A stretch of DNA of 64,000 nt from the NCBI RefSeq assembly GCF_018977255.1, contig NW_024704742.1, positions 17,548,001 to 17,612,000 of the forward strand, written 5' to 3'. The stretch is from Callorhinchus milii (lineage: Eukaryota). The notes under the pieces are model-generated. The model was not told the origin of the DNA and searched no databases. It saw nothing but the letters and a program-made list of their open reading frames with translations. The position numbers were made by a program, and so were the translations under genes. Every line of letters begins with the position of its first letter. Within the stretch, counting starts at the first letter, position 1. Below are positions 50,029 through 62,115 of the stretch, piece by piece.

Positions 50029-51869
50029 AAGATTGGCAGATATATTGATAATTGAAAAATGTACCCTCCCAGATGTTGGAAAATCTCAGAACTACAGTTC
50101 TGACCCAATCATCAGCTCATAGTTTGCTGATAAATTATCAGATGGAAATAAATGAGGTGGAATAACTGGTTGACTGGAATTTTCTCTCACTGGTTGACAA
50201 GTTTCATTCTAATTGATATCATCAACTGCATCCAAGTAGAGCCACTTAGTGTGAAGTCAATGACATGCCACCTTTTGACTTGGAGGCGGGAGCGCTACCA
50301 ACTGAGCCAGGCAATAGAAAAAGCTATGGGAACAAGGCAGAAAATTGGGACTAAGCAGAAGGTCATGATTCTAGGACAGTGACCCGAATGGCCTCCTTCA
50401 GTGCTATAACATTTTATGGTTTTAAGCCATATCTGTGTTCCTTAGCCTCAAGAAACATTTACTCAAAATCAAAACATTTCGATTTAGATAACTGATACCA
50501 TTGGGTTCATTTTCTCCAGGAATCTGTCAGTATCTAAGTCTGAACCCTGCCATAATCATCCTTCATGTCCTTGCTTCTCATATTTAACATGTTTGGGTCA
50601 AACCCAACAGTGGTTCATAGCAGACCCATTTCTACCGGATGGTGCCTGCTTACATATCGCCAATGACGCAGTGCATGACAATAGGAAAAATTAACCTTTG
50701 AGCAGGACAATGTTTTGCTTTCAAAACAAGATCAGAATACATTACTGTACTAACAGAGGCTTCCTCCTTTTCTGATTCATCAATGAATAAATCATTTTGG
50801 ACAATAGTAGCTTCAAAATGTTTCTAATCAATAAAAGTGAGATGAGTTTGGTGACCTTGGGTGGCATCTGTTTTCTGCCTCTGGTCACCAAAATACCCAA
50901 TAGTCCTGTAATGGAAATGCCAGCAGGATCTTGGAATATCTCTTTTTAAAAACTGAAGTGGCACCACTCAAAGCGCACTTTATTTTCAATTAATATCTTT
51001 GACGTTTGAGTGCTTTCATAATCCAGATTCCACTCAAGAGACCCTTTCAGCTGGATGAGGAAGCTGTCATTGGTACATTGTAAACAGCGGGATCTTGTGA
51101 TGCAGTGAAGTGTATATTGGTTCATTGCATTGTCAGCTCCAGGGGGGGGTTCTCTGAGTTACTTACATTTGGCAGTCATCTATGAATGTTTAAAATAATA
51201 AACCTAAGAATGAAATTGCTTAATCTGCCCCTTGTGTTACTGGTGCAATTGGTGTTGTGGGCGCTCCGAGATGCTAACTTCCTTCCATTCTTTAATGAAC
51301 AAACATCTTATTGAGTGGTCACAACCCTAGTTATGAATTGAATACTCGCTGTCTTCGGGAGAATGGATTGTCCCTCAACTTCCTCAGACTGGAAATGTTT
51401 CTTATTTTTGTTTTCATTTTAGTAAGGACCAGCTTATTTATTCATACCCTCCCAGGGCATATTTGAATTTATATATGATTACATCTAATATTATGTTAAG
51501 GCCAGCATCTGACAAAGAAGAGTGAAATCCATATCTGATTAAAAGCTTTCATGATCCTTCTCCTGTTTTCTCATTTTTAATCACATTTTTTGAAATACCT
51601 TATCTTATCAACTGTCCATAATGTTTTGAGCAAATTAAGGTATTTCCCTCCACCAGAATCAACTGCTGTACAATAAAACTCGTATGAATCTTATCTTTAT
51701 AAATCCTGTAATGGCCTAAGTTGTATATCCACCAGAGTCCAACTGAGTTTCCATCAAGACCACATAGTGTTCTTTTCAATAGTTGTATTAATCACCTACT
51801 AACTTGTAACCACTACCCTATCCTCCATTACTCATGCACTTAGCTGCATAGAATCATTGGAAAAGTAGT

Positions 51870-51997
51870 CTTGACACGTCAAAGATTGAGCAGAAGAACT
51901 TCATTTCCTGCAATTCAGTGTAATTCCAGTGCTTGACTCGTCAAAGATTGAGCAGAAGAACTTCATTTCCCGCGATTCAGTGTAATTCAGGTGCTTG
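51870..51997. repeat. 62-bp tandem duplication
   Basis: cttgac(a/t)cgtcaaagattgagcagaagaacttcatttcc…attcagtgtaattc starts at 51870 and again at 51932. Confidence 0.92.
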
Positions 51998-52919
51998 CTG
52001 GTAAATCGCGTGCGGAGACTTGTCAAGGCGCATTAATTGAGGGAAACTTAGTTTTGGCTTGTCACTGAGTGCGCACTTACGGGCTGCAGTGACAGACCAC
52101 CGCATGCCCACTTACCAGCTGCATTGAATTACGCATACGCAGTCTGGATTGTTGATTAAGTAGGATTTTGTACGACTTGTACAAGTTTGCCTGCAACTCA
52201 GACTTCATGTGTGTCATATTGAATGGTATGGTCCTGACTGATATGACTTGTATGAGTTTTACTGTACTTATAAATAAATCCCAAGAACCAAACACTATAT
52301 TCCAGTTTTTTTCACCTCAAGACATATGGATGTGGTTTCTTTCACATGCAACTTCTGCAACTGCACTCAAATGGCCATGATTGGTGTATGAGCATGTTGG
52401 AGCCAACTTGATTGGAGAGGATCACAGATCAGCCCATCCCTGGTCCTCTGCCGTTTTCCTCGCTACATCTTCCAGCAATGGGTTGTCTGGACAGCCTGAG
52501 GGTATGTATGTATGTGACTCAGGACAGCTGTCAGGAACTTGCACCCGGATTGATTTCTTCTCCCTAAAACAGATGTTGCTGAGGTATACTGTTCAATGAC
52601 AATCTAAACTGGAGCCAAAATACCAACGTAGTTCGTTCAGAAGTTAACACGGCTGCTTTCATTTCTCTGTTTTTATGGAAATCTGCCAGTTGTGCAGGCA
52701 GATTCCTTACTGCCCATCCGAATCCCCAGACGCCCCTTTTCATCTAAATGTTATGTGATAAACTCAGATGTTACAGTGAGCCTCTCATTTTCTTTTTTAA
52801 TGAATGTAAGAATTATTTGGTTATAAATTATTGAGCCTCTTCTGAATGGTTTCCATTTGACAGGGCAGACCAGTAGAGTGTGATATTATTGTATGTGATT
52901 GTTTGTCACCACACACTGG

Positions 52920-52989
52920 GACAGAGAGAGACGGAGTGATTCACTGAGACAGATAGAGAGGGAGTGACTCAGAGAGAGAGAGAGATAGA
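52920..52989. repeat. (GA)n-rich simple repeat
   Basis: gacagagagagacggagtga…gagagagagagagatagac. Confidence 0.75.
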
Positions 52990-53884
52990 CCATAGATTGA
53001 CTCTAGGTATGATCTATGGGTGTCATGAATCAGATTAGGGGAGATCTTGAAATGTACCCTGTTTTATCCACTGTTTATAATATTGGGTGGAAATAATTCT
53101 TTGGGTTCAAGTTTGTTGGGATAAACATTTGAAGGATAGTGATTGGTCTGAATCACAAACAGGGCTTCTTTGATTTCAGCAGTCTTCAACTTTTTCTTAT
53201 TGTTCTGGTCGATAAAAGTGCCTCCTTTCTCCTTGAAAACACTGATTAGGTGGAGTGTTGACAGAACATCAGGTAAATAATTCATTCTTCTCTCGTTGAA
53301 GTGCCAGATTTTCATTTTTCTCGTGTGACTTGGAGGTGAATTGAAGGCTGAAAGTAATGCACTGTGACACACACAGCAGTCTTAAAGGTGTTTGTGGCAT
53401 TATTATTACAGGCTTACAGTGAAATAACCTGCAGTTCACAATAGAAAATCACTCGATCCAGTGTACATACAATGAGGGATACCAGGGAGTAAATAAAAGC
53501 ACCCAACTCATTGAATTTCCTCCACGAAAACTGGGAATAATGATACAGTTTATAATTCCAAACTAATAAGAAAATAATAATTCTTGCATTTTATGTTGCA
53601 CTTATCACATCACAACATCTCAAAGTGAGTCACACAAGGAGTTTTTTTCAAGTTACATTTGATGTTAAATTTCTCATGGCACTATTAGAAATAGGACTGG
53701 ACTTTCTCCTGGTGTTTTGGTCAACCCTTCAGATAAATTGATCATTCACTTCATAACTGTTTGTGAGTCTTTACTTTGTGCAGATTGACTGCCGGATTTC
53801 CCGAGTATTTAGCTGTTGCACTTGATGGCAATACTATGTGAAGCTCTTTGAGATGTATAAAGTGCAAGATCAAATGCAAGGATG

Positions 53885-54180
53885 CTCAATGTCAAGAAGC
53901 CCGAGACTCTCCTGCTTGGCTCCCGTCAACGCCTTCTCAGCTCACTGATCACTTCGACCTGCATGGATGCTTTTATTCCATCTCACGAAGTTGATGTGTA
54001 ACTTTGATATCTTGTTCAACCTCCAAATTTCCATTCAAATCCTACATTTAGGCTCTCACTCGCTCGGCTTTCTCTCACCTCTATAACATCACCCACCTCC
54101 GTCACTACCTTTCCCCCAGGTTGCTCCCAATAAGCTGTGTGAAGAACTTTAAGATGTCCTCCCATTGTGAAAGGCACTAT
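53885..54180 (+). mobile_element. Old L2 fragment
   Basis: ctcaatgtcaagaagcccgagactctcctgcttggctccc, homologous to 49187-49230; L2-like tail at the end. Confidence 0.65.
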
Positions 54181-54584
54181 CAATGTGCACATTGCAAAAA
54201 TAACAACTTGCAGGGATTGGAAAACAAGTGAGAGGATCTTGAAGTAATTGGTAGCCAGTGGAGCCTGGCAAGCACTGGTATGATGGAGGTACAGAGTTTT
54301 GTGCAGGTAAGTATCCAGGCGCCGGAGTTATTAATTAATTGAATTTTGTATATGGTGGAGCTGGAGAGATCAGCGAGGAGGGCATTGAACTAGTCCAGCC
54401 GACAGAAATGGAAAATAGATGTTTCCGCGATGATGGGTGAGGTTGGGGGTGGGGAGATTGTTAGCCTGGGAAATTGGGGGACAAAAGATTTAATATTCAT
54501 CCTCTCTAAAACTGTGGTACAGTGTGCTGCATCTCCAAAATCCACTGATATTATATATATTTATATGTATATATAATGCTGGGT

Positions 54585-54905
54585 TAATAATAATAATAAT
54601 AATCCTTGCATTTGTTATAGCGCTTTTCACATCTTCTAGATGTCTCAAAGCACTTCACAGAATAGACTGTAAAGTGAATTGACTGTATATTTGTGGGTGA
54701 AATGTGGCAGCCAATTGCGCACAGCAGTGAGTGTCCCACAAACAGTCGTGGATTGAAATAATCAATTTATTATTTTTTTCTCTGGAGGGATTATTATCAG
54801 GTGTGTGAAGCAAGTAAAGTTACCCAAGGTTTCACCCTGCCAGGAATCGGACCCAGGTCTCTCGCTTACAAAGCGAGTGCTCTAACCACTGAGCTACAGG
54901 ACTCC
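54585..54905 (-). mobile_element. SINE family A, short form
   Basis: (TAA)n … tctaaccactgagctacaggactcc (reverse-complemented head); lacks the internal segment. Confidence 0.92.
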
Positions 54906-56265
54906 ACATACCACCTGAACCTCTTTTGTTATGTGAACATCCATTGGTTTCAATGCTCCCTATTAACCAATGTTAGCAGCAGAAGACTAGGAGCAGGATG
55001 CCTGTTTACACTCTTGAAGGGAAGTATAGAATGTGGGATGTCATTGTTAGTACCAAAGGTGGAGATAAAGTGGAAGATAGAAAATAAATGCAAACAAAGC
55101 ACAAAAGAAAGAAAGATTCTATTGTCTGCATTACAAGCATGGAACTTGTTTAGGAGCATGGCCTTTTCTACTACTGTACTCAGTTTGCTGTTTTACACCA
55201 TCACGATGAAGAACACGCACCTTGACTATTGATTCTGCTCAGAATTCTGTTTCTTTCTCCTTACCTTCTCCTGTGCTCATTAATGCAGTTGCACCAACAC
55301 TGAGATCAATAATGTTCTGCCAGATTTGCAGACTACACCACGCTGCTCTTGAGGGCCTGGATGTCTACAAATTATCCTGTGATTTAGATTCTTAGAAATT
55401 GGAACGTAAAAGGAGGTTGTATGCCCATCAAACCTAGATTGATGCAAGCTCCTACACTGTAGTTACCTACTCATATCCCAATTCCCAACTCTTTCCCCAT
55501 ATTCTTCTATATTGCTTCTATTCAAGTACTCAGCTAGTACCCTTTTACATTTTGTTGTGGTATTAGCTTCAGTGGCCACTTGTGGCAACGTAATCCTCCA
55601 TGTTTAATACTCTTACTGCGTATGTAAATCTTCTGACCTCCATATGGATTGTTTTTAAATTCTTCTGATATAATAGTTGTCAAGTGTCTCTGCCAGCCCT
55701 GTACAACTCCACTTGTGCAGAGATTATTGGAGGCTTTAAAAGTAACCACTATACCAAGCAGTCAGCTGTTGTACCAAATGCCATTCTCCTTTCAAACAGT
55801 GTTCATATGTTGGTTCTTTTGTTGGTTCATTGTAAGGAAACACAGCATGGGGGTAGTTAAAATTGTAATAACTATTTAATATTAAACAGTAGGGATGTGA
55901 GGCTCATTGGGTTTTTAATGTGCTGATGCAACCATTTACAGGTATAGCACAAGAACATAATGTGTTCATGTATGAGTATGTGAGAGATGTAATATAAATC
56001 ATCACTTGTGACAGTTCTGACATCCAGAACTACAGCAGGTTATTGAAGCTGAAAGATGCATCATAATTTATCAATCGCTGTGACTTTGCCCTGTTGGGTC
56101 AGATGTAGAGTTGCAATTTAGCCTTTCTCAGCCCCTGAAGTGTCAAAGGCCAGGTGCGCAAAACCTTCTCTCTGCTTCTTGTGTGTCACTTCAGTGGTGA
56201 AGAGTCTCTGAAATTCTTGAAAATGAATATATTAATGTGCAACTGAAAAAAATCTCCAGATTTTC

Positions 56266-56800
56266 GGTCAGCCGGGTGTCTGACACATCACCATGCTGAA
56301 GAGTATCCAAACCGAACTGAAAATTCCATGCATCCCACCTACACATAGAAATCCCGAAGATAGATAGTTGGAATGCAAAGTGCGCTCTCTCCCTGGAGGG
56401 ACACATCCTGCTTACTTAATTCCGAAAGTATTAAATGCAGTATGGGGAGCCCAGGTTGTGTGTTGGGGTACTGTTGGAGTCTAACTAGCTAAAAATGTAT
56501 AGCTTGCCATTGATAGCACTGTCTGGCAAGATTTCCCAGCGAGGACCATCCCACCCGTTAGGGCTTTGGCTTGCACGATTAGCAGGATCTGAGTGGGCAG
56601 ATTCCCTGCCCCCAGTGACTGGTCTGCCCTTCCAAGTCTTACGGAAGAGCTAGGCTGTCATCAGCTGTTCCCTGGAATACTGTGGATCCGCCTGGCTCAG
56701 GAACTGGACTACCGAGACCGCCACAGAGGGCTGGTTTGATTCCGACATTCCATTGTCTAAACATGTTGCCTTGGAGCCGGTTCAGCTCCAAGGAGACCTC
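56266..56800. mobile_element. Unclassified element C, full-span copy
   Basis: ggtcagccgggtgtctgacac … ccttggagccggttcagctccaaggagacc; abuts an L2 3' tail at 56801-56942. Confidence 0.88.
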
Positions 56801-58382
56801 ATTTTTGGTCACCTTTACGTCTCCCCCCACTTCCCTTAGCTCCCCAACCCCAGCTCGGGCTCCCGATCGCCTCTTTGAAGCACTTTGAGACATCCTCCTG
56901 ACATGAAAGGTAAACGTAAAACCATTATTGTTGTTATTGTTGAGAAGCGAGTTTTTCTCCCTGGTTTCGTAGCCGAAAATCATCCAAATAAAACTCACTT
57001 GGTGGTTGTCTGTGAGACAGTGCTGAGTACGAGGTGTTTGCCTATAAATACACAGTCATTAGGTGAGCACAATTGCACCCTTTAATAACTGTTTGGAAAG
57101 CAAATCCTTATCCTCTTACCCTTTAGTTGCTGTTTACAGAAAGGCAGGTTACCATGGACACGGGAATCCCTTTGTGAACTCTGGAGCTTGGTTGAGATGA
57201 GACTCCTCTTCCCTTAAGAGCCGGAGGAAACTTTGAATATTAAACCAACGGGTTTGCGATGGGAAGAAAAAAAATCAGGAGAGGCTCGGATTATTTTCTA
57301 CGTTGGTGTTCAGAGGTCTCAGGCCTGATTCCTTCAGCCGGCCCCCTCCATGTTGTTCAGAATGAACGGACGTGAAGCGGGGGAGGGAGTTTTGCGTTGA
57401 TTGCGGTGACACCACAGTGCATGTTGGTGCAACAGCCAGTTATAAAGAGTGCACCTCGGTCCAAGCTGTGTTTCGTGGCAAATCAGTGCTAATTGTTTGG
57501 CATTTTGCCAGCTGTCAGCTCGCAAATTTGAGCCTCATTTTAACAAAGTAAGCCTTGAAGTGTTGGAACATTTGAACTCTACATCCGTTCACTTTCATAA
57601 AGGCAAACCATGCAGAAAGCCTGACCTTCTGAGAGAAAGCCTGCGGTTCATTTGTTATAAAAATGTTTTGCTTTTCACTCAGTGGGTGCACTCAATTGGA
57701 AAAAAGGACTGACAGGCACCTCTTGGCTTCTGTTTGGTGCTGTAGCCTTTCCTTTCATTGCTTGAGCGCTGGCTCCCTCATGCACTCAAGTCTGTTGTGC
57801 TGCTGGTTTGCTGCATTCCTGGTCCTGGCTGGTGTGAGTGTGTGAGTGAGTGCGAGTTTGGATTGAAAACACTGAATGTGTGTGCATCACCGTACTTTTA
57901 GGCTACATCTGAGGCATTGGTCCAATCAGGCCTTGATGGCCCAACGTAAAATGATTCCCCCACCCCCACCTCTCAGTTGAACTCAATGGGATGTTACTAT
58001 TTTCATCATCACATCGTAAGAGTGTGAAAAGCGCCAGAGATTGGTCAGCATCGAATGAGGTCGCTGTTTTTAAAATTTAATCTTTTAGCAATTTTTGTGT
58101 ATGAGAATGTGTATGTGTGTGTCTGCAGAGGGAGTGGGTTTCATTGAAAAGATCATGGACCCACTTTGCTCAATTCTAAAGGGATATAGACTAAAAGGAA
58201 ACAGCTATTTGGCAATAAAAATAAGTGGTGTGAGAGATTGGTTAGTGTACTGTAGCTTATATAATATATTTTGTCACAACATTCAAAAGATATGCTTCTA
58301 CTTTCTGAGACCAAAGCAAAAACAACTTGCATTTAGATAGTGCCCTCCACGTAGGGTAACATCTTGGAGTACTAAATTCCAT

Positions 58383-58545
58383 GTCAGCCTGGCCCAGTTG
58401 ATAACACTCACCTCTGAGTCAAAAGGTTGTGGGTTCAAGACCCACATCAAGACATTGAGTTCATAATCTAGACTGACACTCAAGTGCAGTGCTGCAAAGA
58501 CTGCTGCATTGTGAGAGTTGCCGTCCTTCAGATGAGACGTTAATC
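58383..58545 (+). mobile_element. SINE family B, 5' part
   Basis: gtcagcctggcccagttgataacactcacctctgagtcaaaaggttgtgggttcaagacccac tRNA-like head. Confidence 0.8.
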
Positions 58546-58636
58546 CGGAGTGTAAATACAGGGTGAACTTCTAGGACCTGAAATTTCACAAGTTGATAGG
58601 TTTATGATCATTGTATTAAGATTTGAGATTGGTGAA

Positions 58637-58897
58637 ATAATAACAATCCTTGCATTTGATAATCTTGCACCTCATTACGGATTTAAAATGTCTGACACAT
58701 TAAGCTTCATAAGATTTACTTAAACTGTGTGACTAGGTATTTTGTACGTGAATGTGGCAGCCAATTTTGTACACGCCAATCTCGCAGAAACAGCCAGCAA
58801 GTGAATTATCAGTTTTATTTGAGGATTGTTGGTCGTGACACTGTGAAGAACTCTTTCTCTTTTCAAGTAGTTCAATGGGATCTTTAACATCACCTGA
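58637..58897 (-). mobile_element. SINE family B, 3' and central part
   Basis: Tail atccttgcatttgata, tggcagccaattt, atgggatctttaacatcacctga. Confidence 0.7.
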
Positions 58898-60406
58898 TGA
58901 CCAAATCATTGGCTGCAGTGACCAGCTTTTGGACAAAGCCTTCCATTTCAATGTAGTTATTGGGAAGGGGTAAGAGGAGAATTCCCCAGTGGCCGTCATC
59001 ACTAGAACATCCACAGGAGCAGAGGAATATCCCAGGATATAATGCTGTTGCATCACATACCTCATTTTTTCCCCCATGGAGAAGCAAACTTCAATCAACT
59101 TATTGGTCATCTGACACCCCCTCTCACTGCATGAAACCTTTCGCCACCCATTCATTATTCATCATTCTGTTGTTTCCTTTTCACCCCCTTTTTATGTTAA
59201 ACAATGTTTTGCTAGTGGTGCTGTCATACGGTTTAGCTCAGGGCAGTGTTTGGAGACACAGTCCAGCCCGGGTGATGACATAGGAACTCTGGAAATCCTC
59301 TAGGAGCTCGTTGACTTTCAGCCCATGTTGCGAGATTCATCGTGTTATTTCTCATTGTGGTTTCCAAAGGAATCATTTATGCTCCAAATAATAAATAATA
59401 ATATTGGAAGGCAGCTACACCGGATGCTGCAGCCTAAACTATTATTGATCATGGCTCCTGGCACAAATTAACTTTCCCAGAACTGAATTAATTCGAATGG
59501 TTTTGTTAAAAAGGAGTTACTGTATGAAATTGGATGAGTGATGTGCTGAATTACATTGCAGAATTTCCTTAGTGCTGAGAACACTTATGTCACTGCATCA
59601 CTCAATTTCAGACATAGTCTCTCAGCTGTTTCTTATTCCTGTTGCTGTGAATCTGTCTTGTTTTCACCATGGAGGTGAAACATCACCCCCCCCACCCCCC
59701 TGAAACTATTGCAATAATAAACATTACTGAACGTCAGGATGAGCTTTGTCAATGTAATATTAACCTAAACCCACTACAATTTATTTAATCTCCCATCCAC
59801 CCCTCATATTTAGATAAAAACATAAAAGGTAAAACTAGTCCTGTTAACAATAGAAGCAAATTAAATCAGGCTACTCTTCCTGTGTTGCATTTCCTGGCCC
59901 AACAGATGCACATTGGCAGAGTTCAAGGCTCAAGATACTTGTGAGCATTAGAATTATGCTGAGTCGGGCTTCTTTTTTTCTGTTTTCTCTCTCTCTTTCT
60001 GTCCCACTGTTAATGTTCTTCTTTTCCTGTTTCTTTTACTCTTCACCCTCTTTTTTTAAGCAACTTTAAAATGTTGGCTTTCTTCTCACCGGCCGCTCAT
60101 CCACTCTTACAATCCAATTTGGATCGGGAGCAATGATTTACCTCAATGGCTCAAACACCGGATTAACATTTGATATTTGGAATCAAAGGGAAAAACTCCT
60201 GTTTGTGAATAATAATGATAATAATCCTTACATTTTGTAAAGTGCCTTTTGCGTCAAAAGGACGCCCAGACAGACAGGCAGGGGACTTGATTTAAAGTCT
60301 CATCTGAAGGCCAGCACCTCCCAACAATGCAGCACACCCCCCTGCACTGCACTGGAGCATCAGCCTTGCTTATATGAATTCCAAGTACTGACACGAGACA
60401 CAACTT

Positions 60407-60743
60407 GGAGTCCTGTAGCTTAGTGGTTAGAGCACTCGCTTTGCAAGTGAGAGACCTGAGTTCAATTCCAGGCAGGGCGAAACCTTGGGCAAGTTTCCTT
60501 ACTCCACACGCCTAATAATAATAATCCCTCCAAAAAACCCCAAAACAATAATTAAATTGGTCATTTTCAATCTACGACTGTTTGTGGGACATTGCTGTGC
60601 GCAATTGGCTGCCGCGTTCGCCCACAAATATACAGTCAATTCACTTTACAGTGTGCTCTGTGAAGCGCTTTGGGACGTCCTCCTGACGTGAAAAGCGCTA
60701 TATCAAATGCAAGGATTATTATTATTATTATTATTATTATTAT
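60407..60743 (+). mobile_element. SINE family A, short form, nested in a minus-strand family B SINE (~60210-60791)
   Basis: Intact A/B boxes, long pure (TTA)n tail, aactt on both sides (60402-60406 and 60744-60748). Confidence 0.95.
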
Positions 60744-61604
60744 AACTTTCTGACTCTAAGGCGAGAGTGCTACCAACTGAGCCAGGCTGACACACAGCCA
60801 CAAGCTGTTGCACCAGTAAGTGTATTCAGTGGCTCCAGTAACCCCACAGCACGCATATGAGCAAGCACACCTGAGACTCTAAGGCAGCGGGTGGGAGGAA
60901 ACCTGAGGTGCCATGGTCATGTCTGCTCAGAATCATCGGTAAGTAATGTGATCCCACATTTCATTACTTAAATGAGAAATAGTAAATCATTTCATGTGAC
61001 AGGTGCAACGACGCAAATAATTTACACTTTTTTTTAAGCAGGAATCTAGGAGACCTAAATAAGTGACCAGCGGTTGCACTGGGCAATGGAATAAAAAGAG
61101 AGATTTTTAAAAAAAAGCACATTAATTAAGTAAACTGGAAATGTCAGTCATATAATGAAAGGAATTACTTCACAACTGGAGGTTGGTTGCCCTTTAAGGA
61201 AGATAGCACTTGCGTGATGACATCGAGTTAATGAGAGCTTGCTGACTACTCCTTTCTAATTTTGTTTTACATGTTCTCTCTGTAGGAGGACTGATGTTCA
61301 ACGAAAAACGCCTTACATTACAATTTTAGGGTCAGAACAAGGTGATATTTTGTTTAATCCAAAACCCATCAGTTGCGGCTGATTTCTAGGCAGTTGATTG
61401 TTTAATGCAATTTGTCTGCAATGAACTTGATGACCTGCAATATCACCTTTCTTCGGAAAAATGAAGCAGAGCTGCCATTCCTTTTTGTTGAAAAAAATGT
61501 ACGTGTAAAAAAAGTGGAAATTACTCGGACTCCAACTATCTCAGTAATATCTGATGATTTTCATTTCCTCCACCTTTCCATGCATAATTTATGTGATAAA
61601 TAAT

Positions 61605-61780
61605 AATGTGGGTAAAGGCACTGCTCAGGGCTGCACTGTGTCTTCTGGGATCCAGGCTTGAATACCTGGCTATGCTGACTTAGTTGAATTTAGCTGGTGC
61701 AGTGGTTTGTCACATTATCATCATCCTTGGATTAGGGTTCCTGCTTCCTGATCTCTATGCAATGACCTTCTGCTAGAAGC
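61605..61780 (+). mobile_element. Old diverged SINE, family D
   Basis: gtgggtaaaggcactg…tgctgacttagttgaatttagc…agggttcctgcttcctgatctctatgcaatgaccttctgctagaa. Confidence 0.5.
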
Positions 61781-61849
61781 TTTGCTTTTAACAAAAAGTG
61801 AAGACAGGAATGTGGCATTGTGCCACTCTGCTCCCTCCCTCTGGAACTC

Positions 61850-62115
61850 TGAGAGAGAGACTCTGAGTAGGGTGGCAGATGAGGAAAGAGAGGGGGGGTA
61901 GAAGGGAGTAGAAAGGAGTATTCACTTGATAGTGAAGAGGGAGTGTGTGAGCTGGAGGGATTGAGGAGAGAGTTCCAGAGAGAGAGGCATAGTGTCTGAA
62001 TCCTTGGACAAAGGAGGTGTGGGATGTGAAGGAGGCCTGAAATGGCAAAGAAGAGGGAGTGGGTAGGGGAATAGGATCACAGATCACAGAGGACATGTGG
62101 GGCAAGGGCATGTGA
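61850..62115 (-). mobile_element. Old L2 3' fragment
   Basis: Purine-rich; reverse complement of the L2 3' region (gagagttccagag; aggatcacagatcacagagg…ggggcaagggcatg). Confidence 0.6.

Noticed and set aside
51870..51997. CRISPR-like repeat
   Set aside because: Only two contiguous units with no spacers, in a vertebrate intron.
56295..56325. Hammerhead ribozyme core (CTGAAGAG…GAA) in element C
   Set aside because: CTGA is not kept in the other copies (cttaagag, cataagag) and there is no stem II. The minus-strand CTGATGA at ~56658-56664 lacks a matching GAAA.
61286..61341. 56-nt AG/GT-bounded segment as the next SORCS2 exon
   Set aside because: The phase-0 frame stops at codon 3 (GAG GAC TGA), the donor is weak (gtgata), and there is no SorCS similarity.
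3700..62115. Sense-strand bias of L2 fragments and antisense bias of SINE B relative to SORCS2
   Set aside because: Counts are small and made by eye, so the bias cannot be distinguished from chance.
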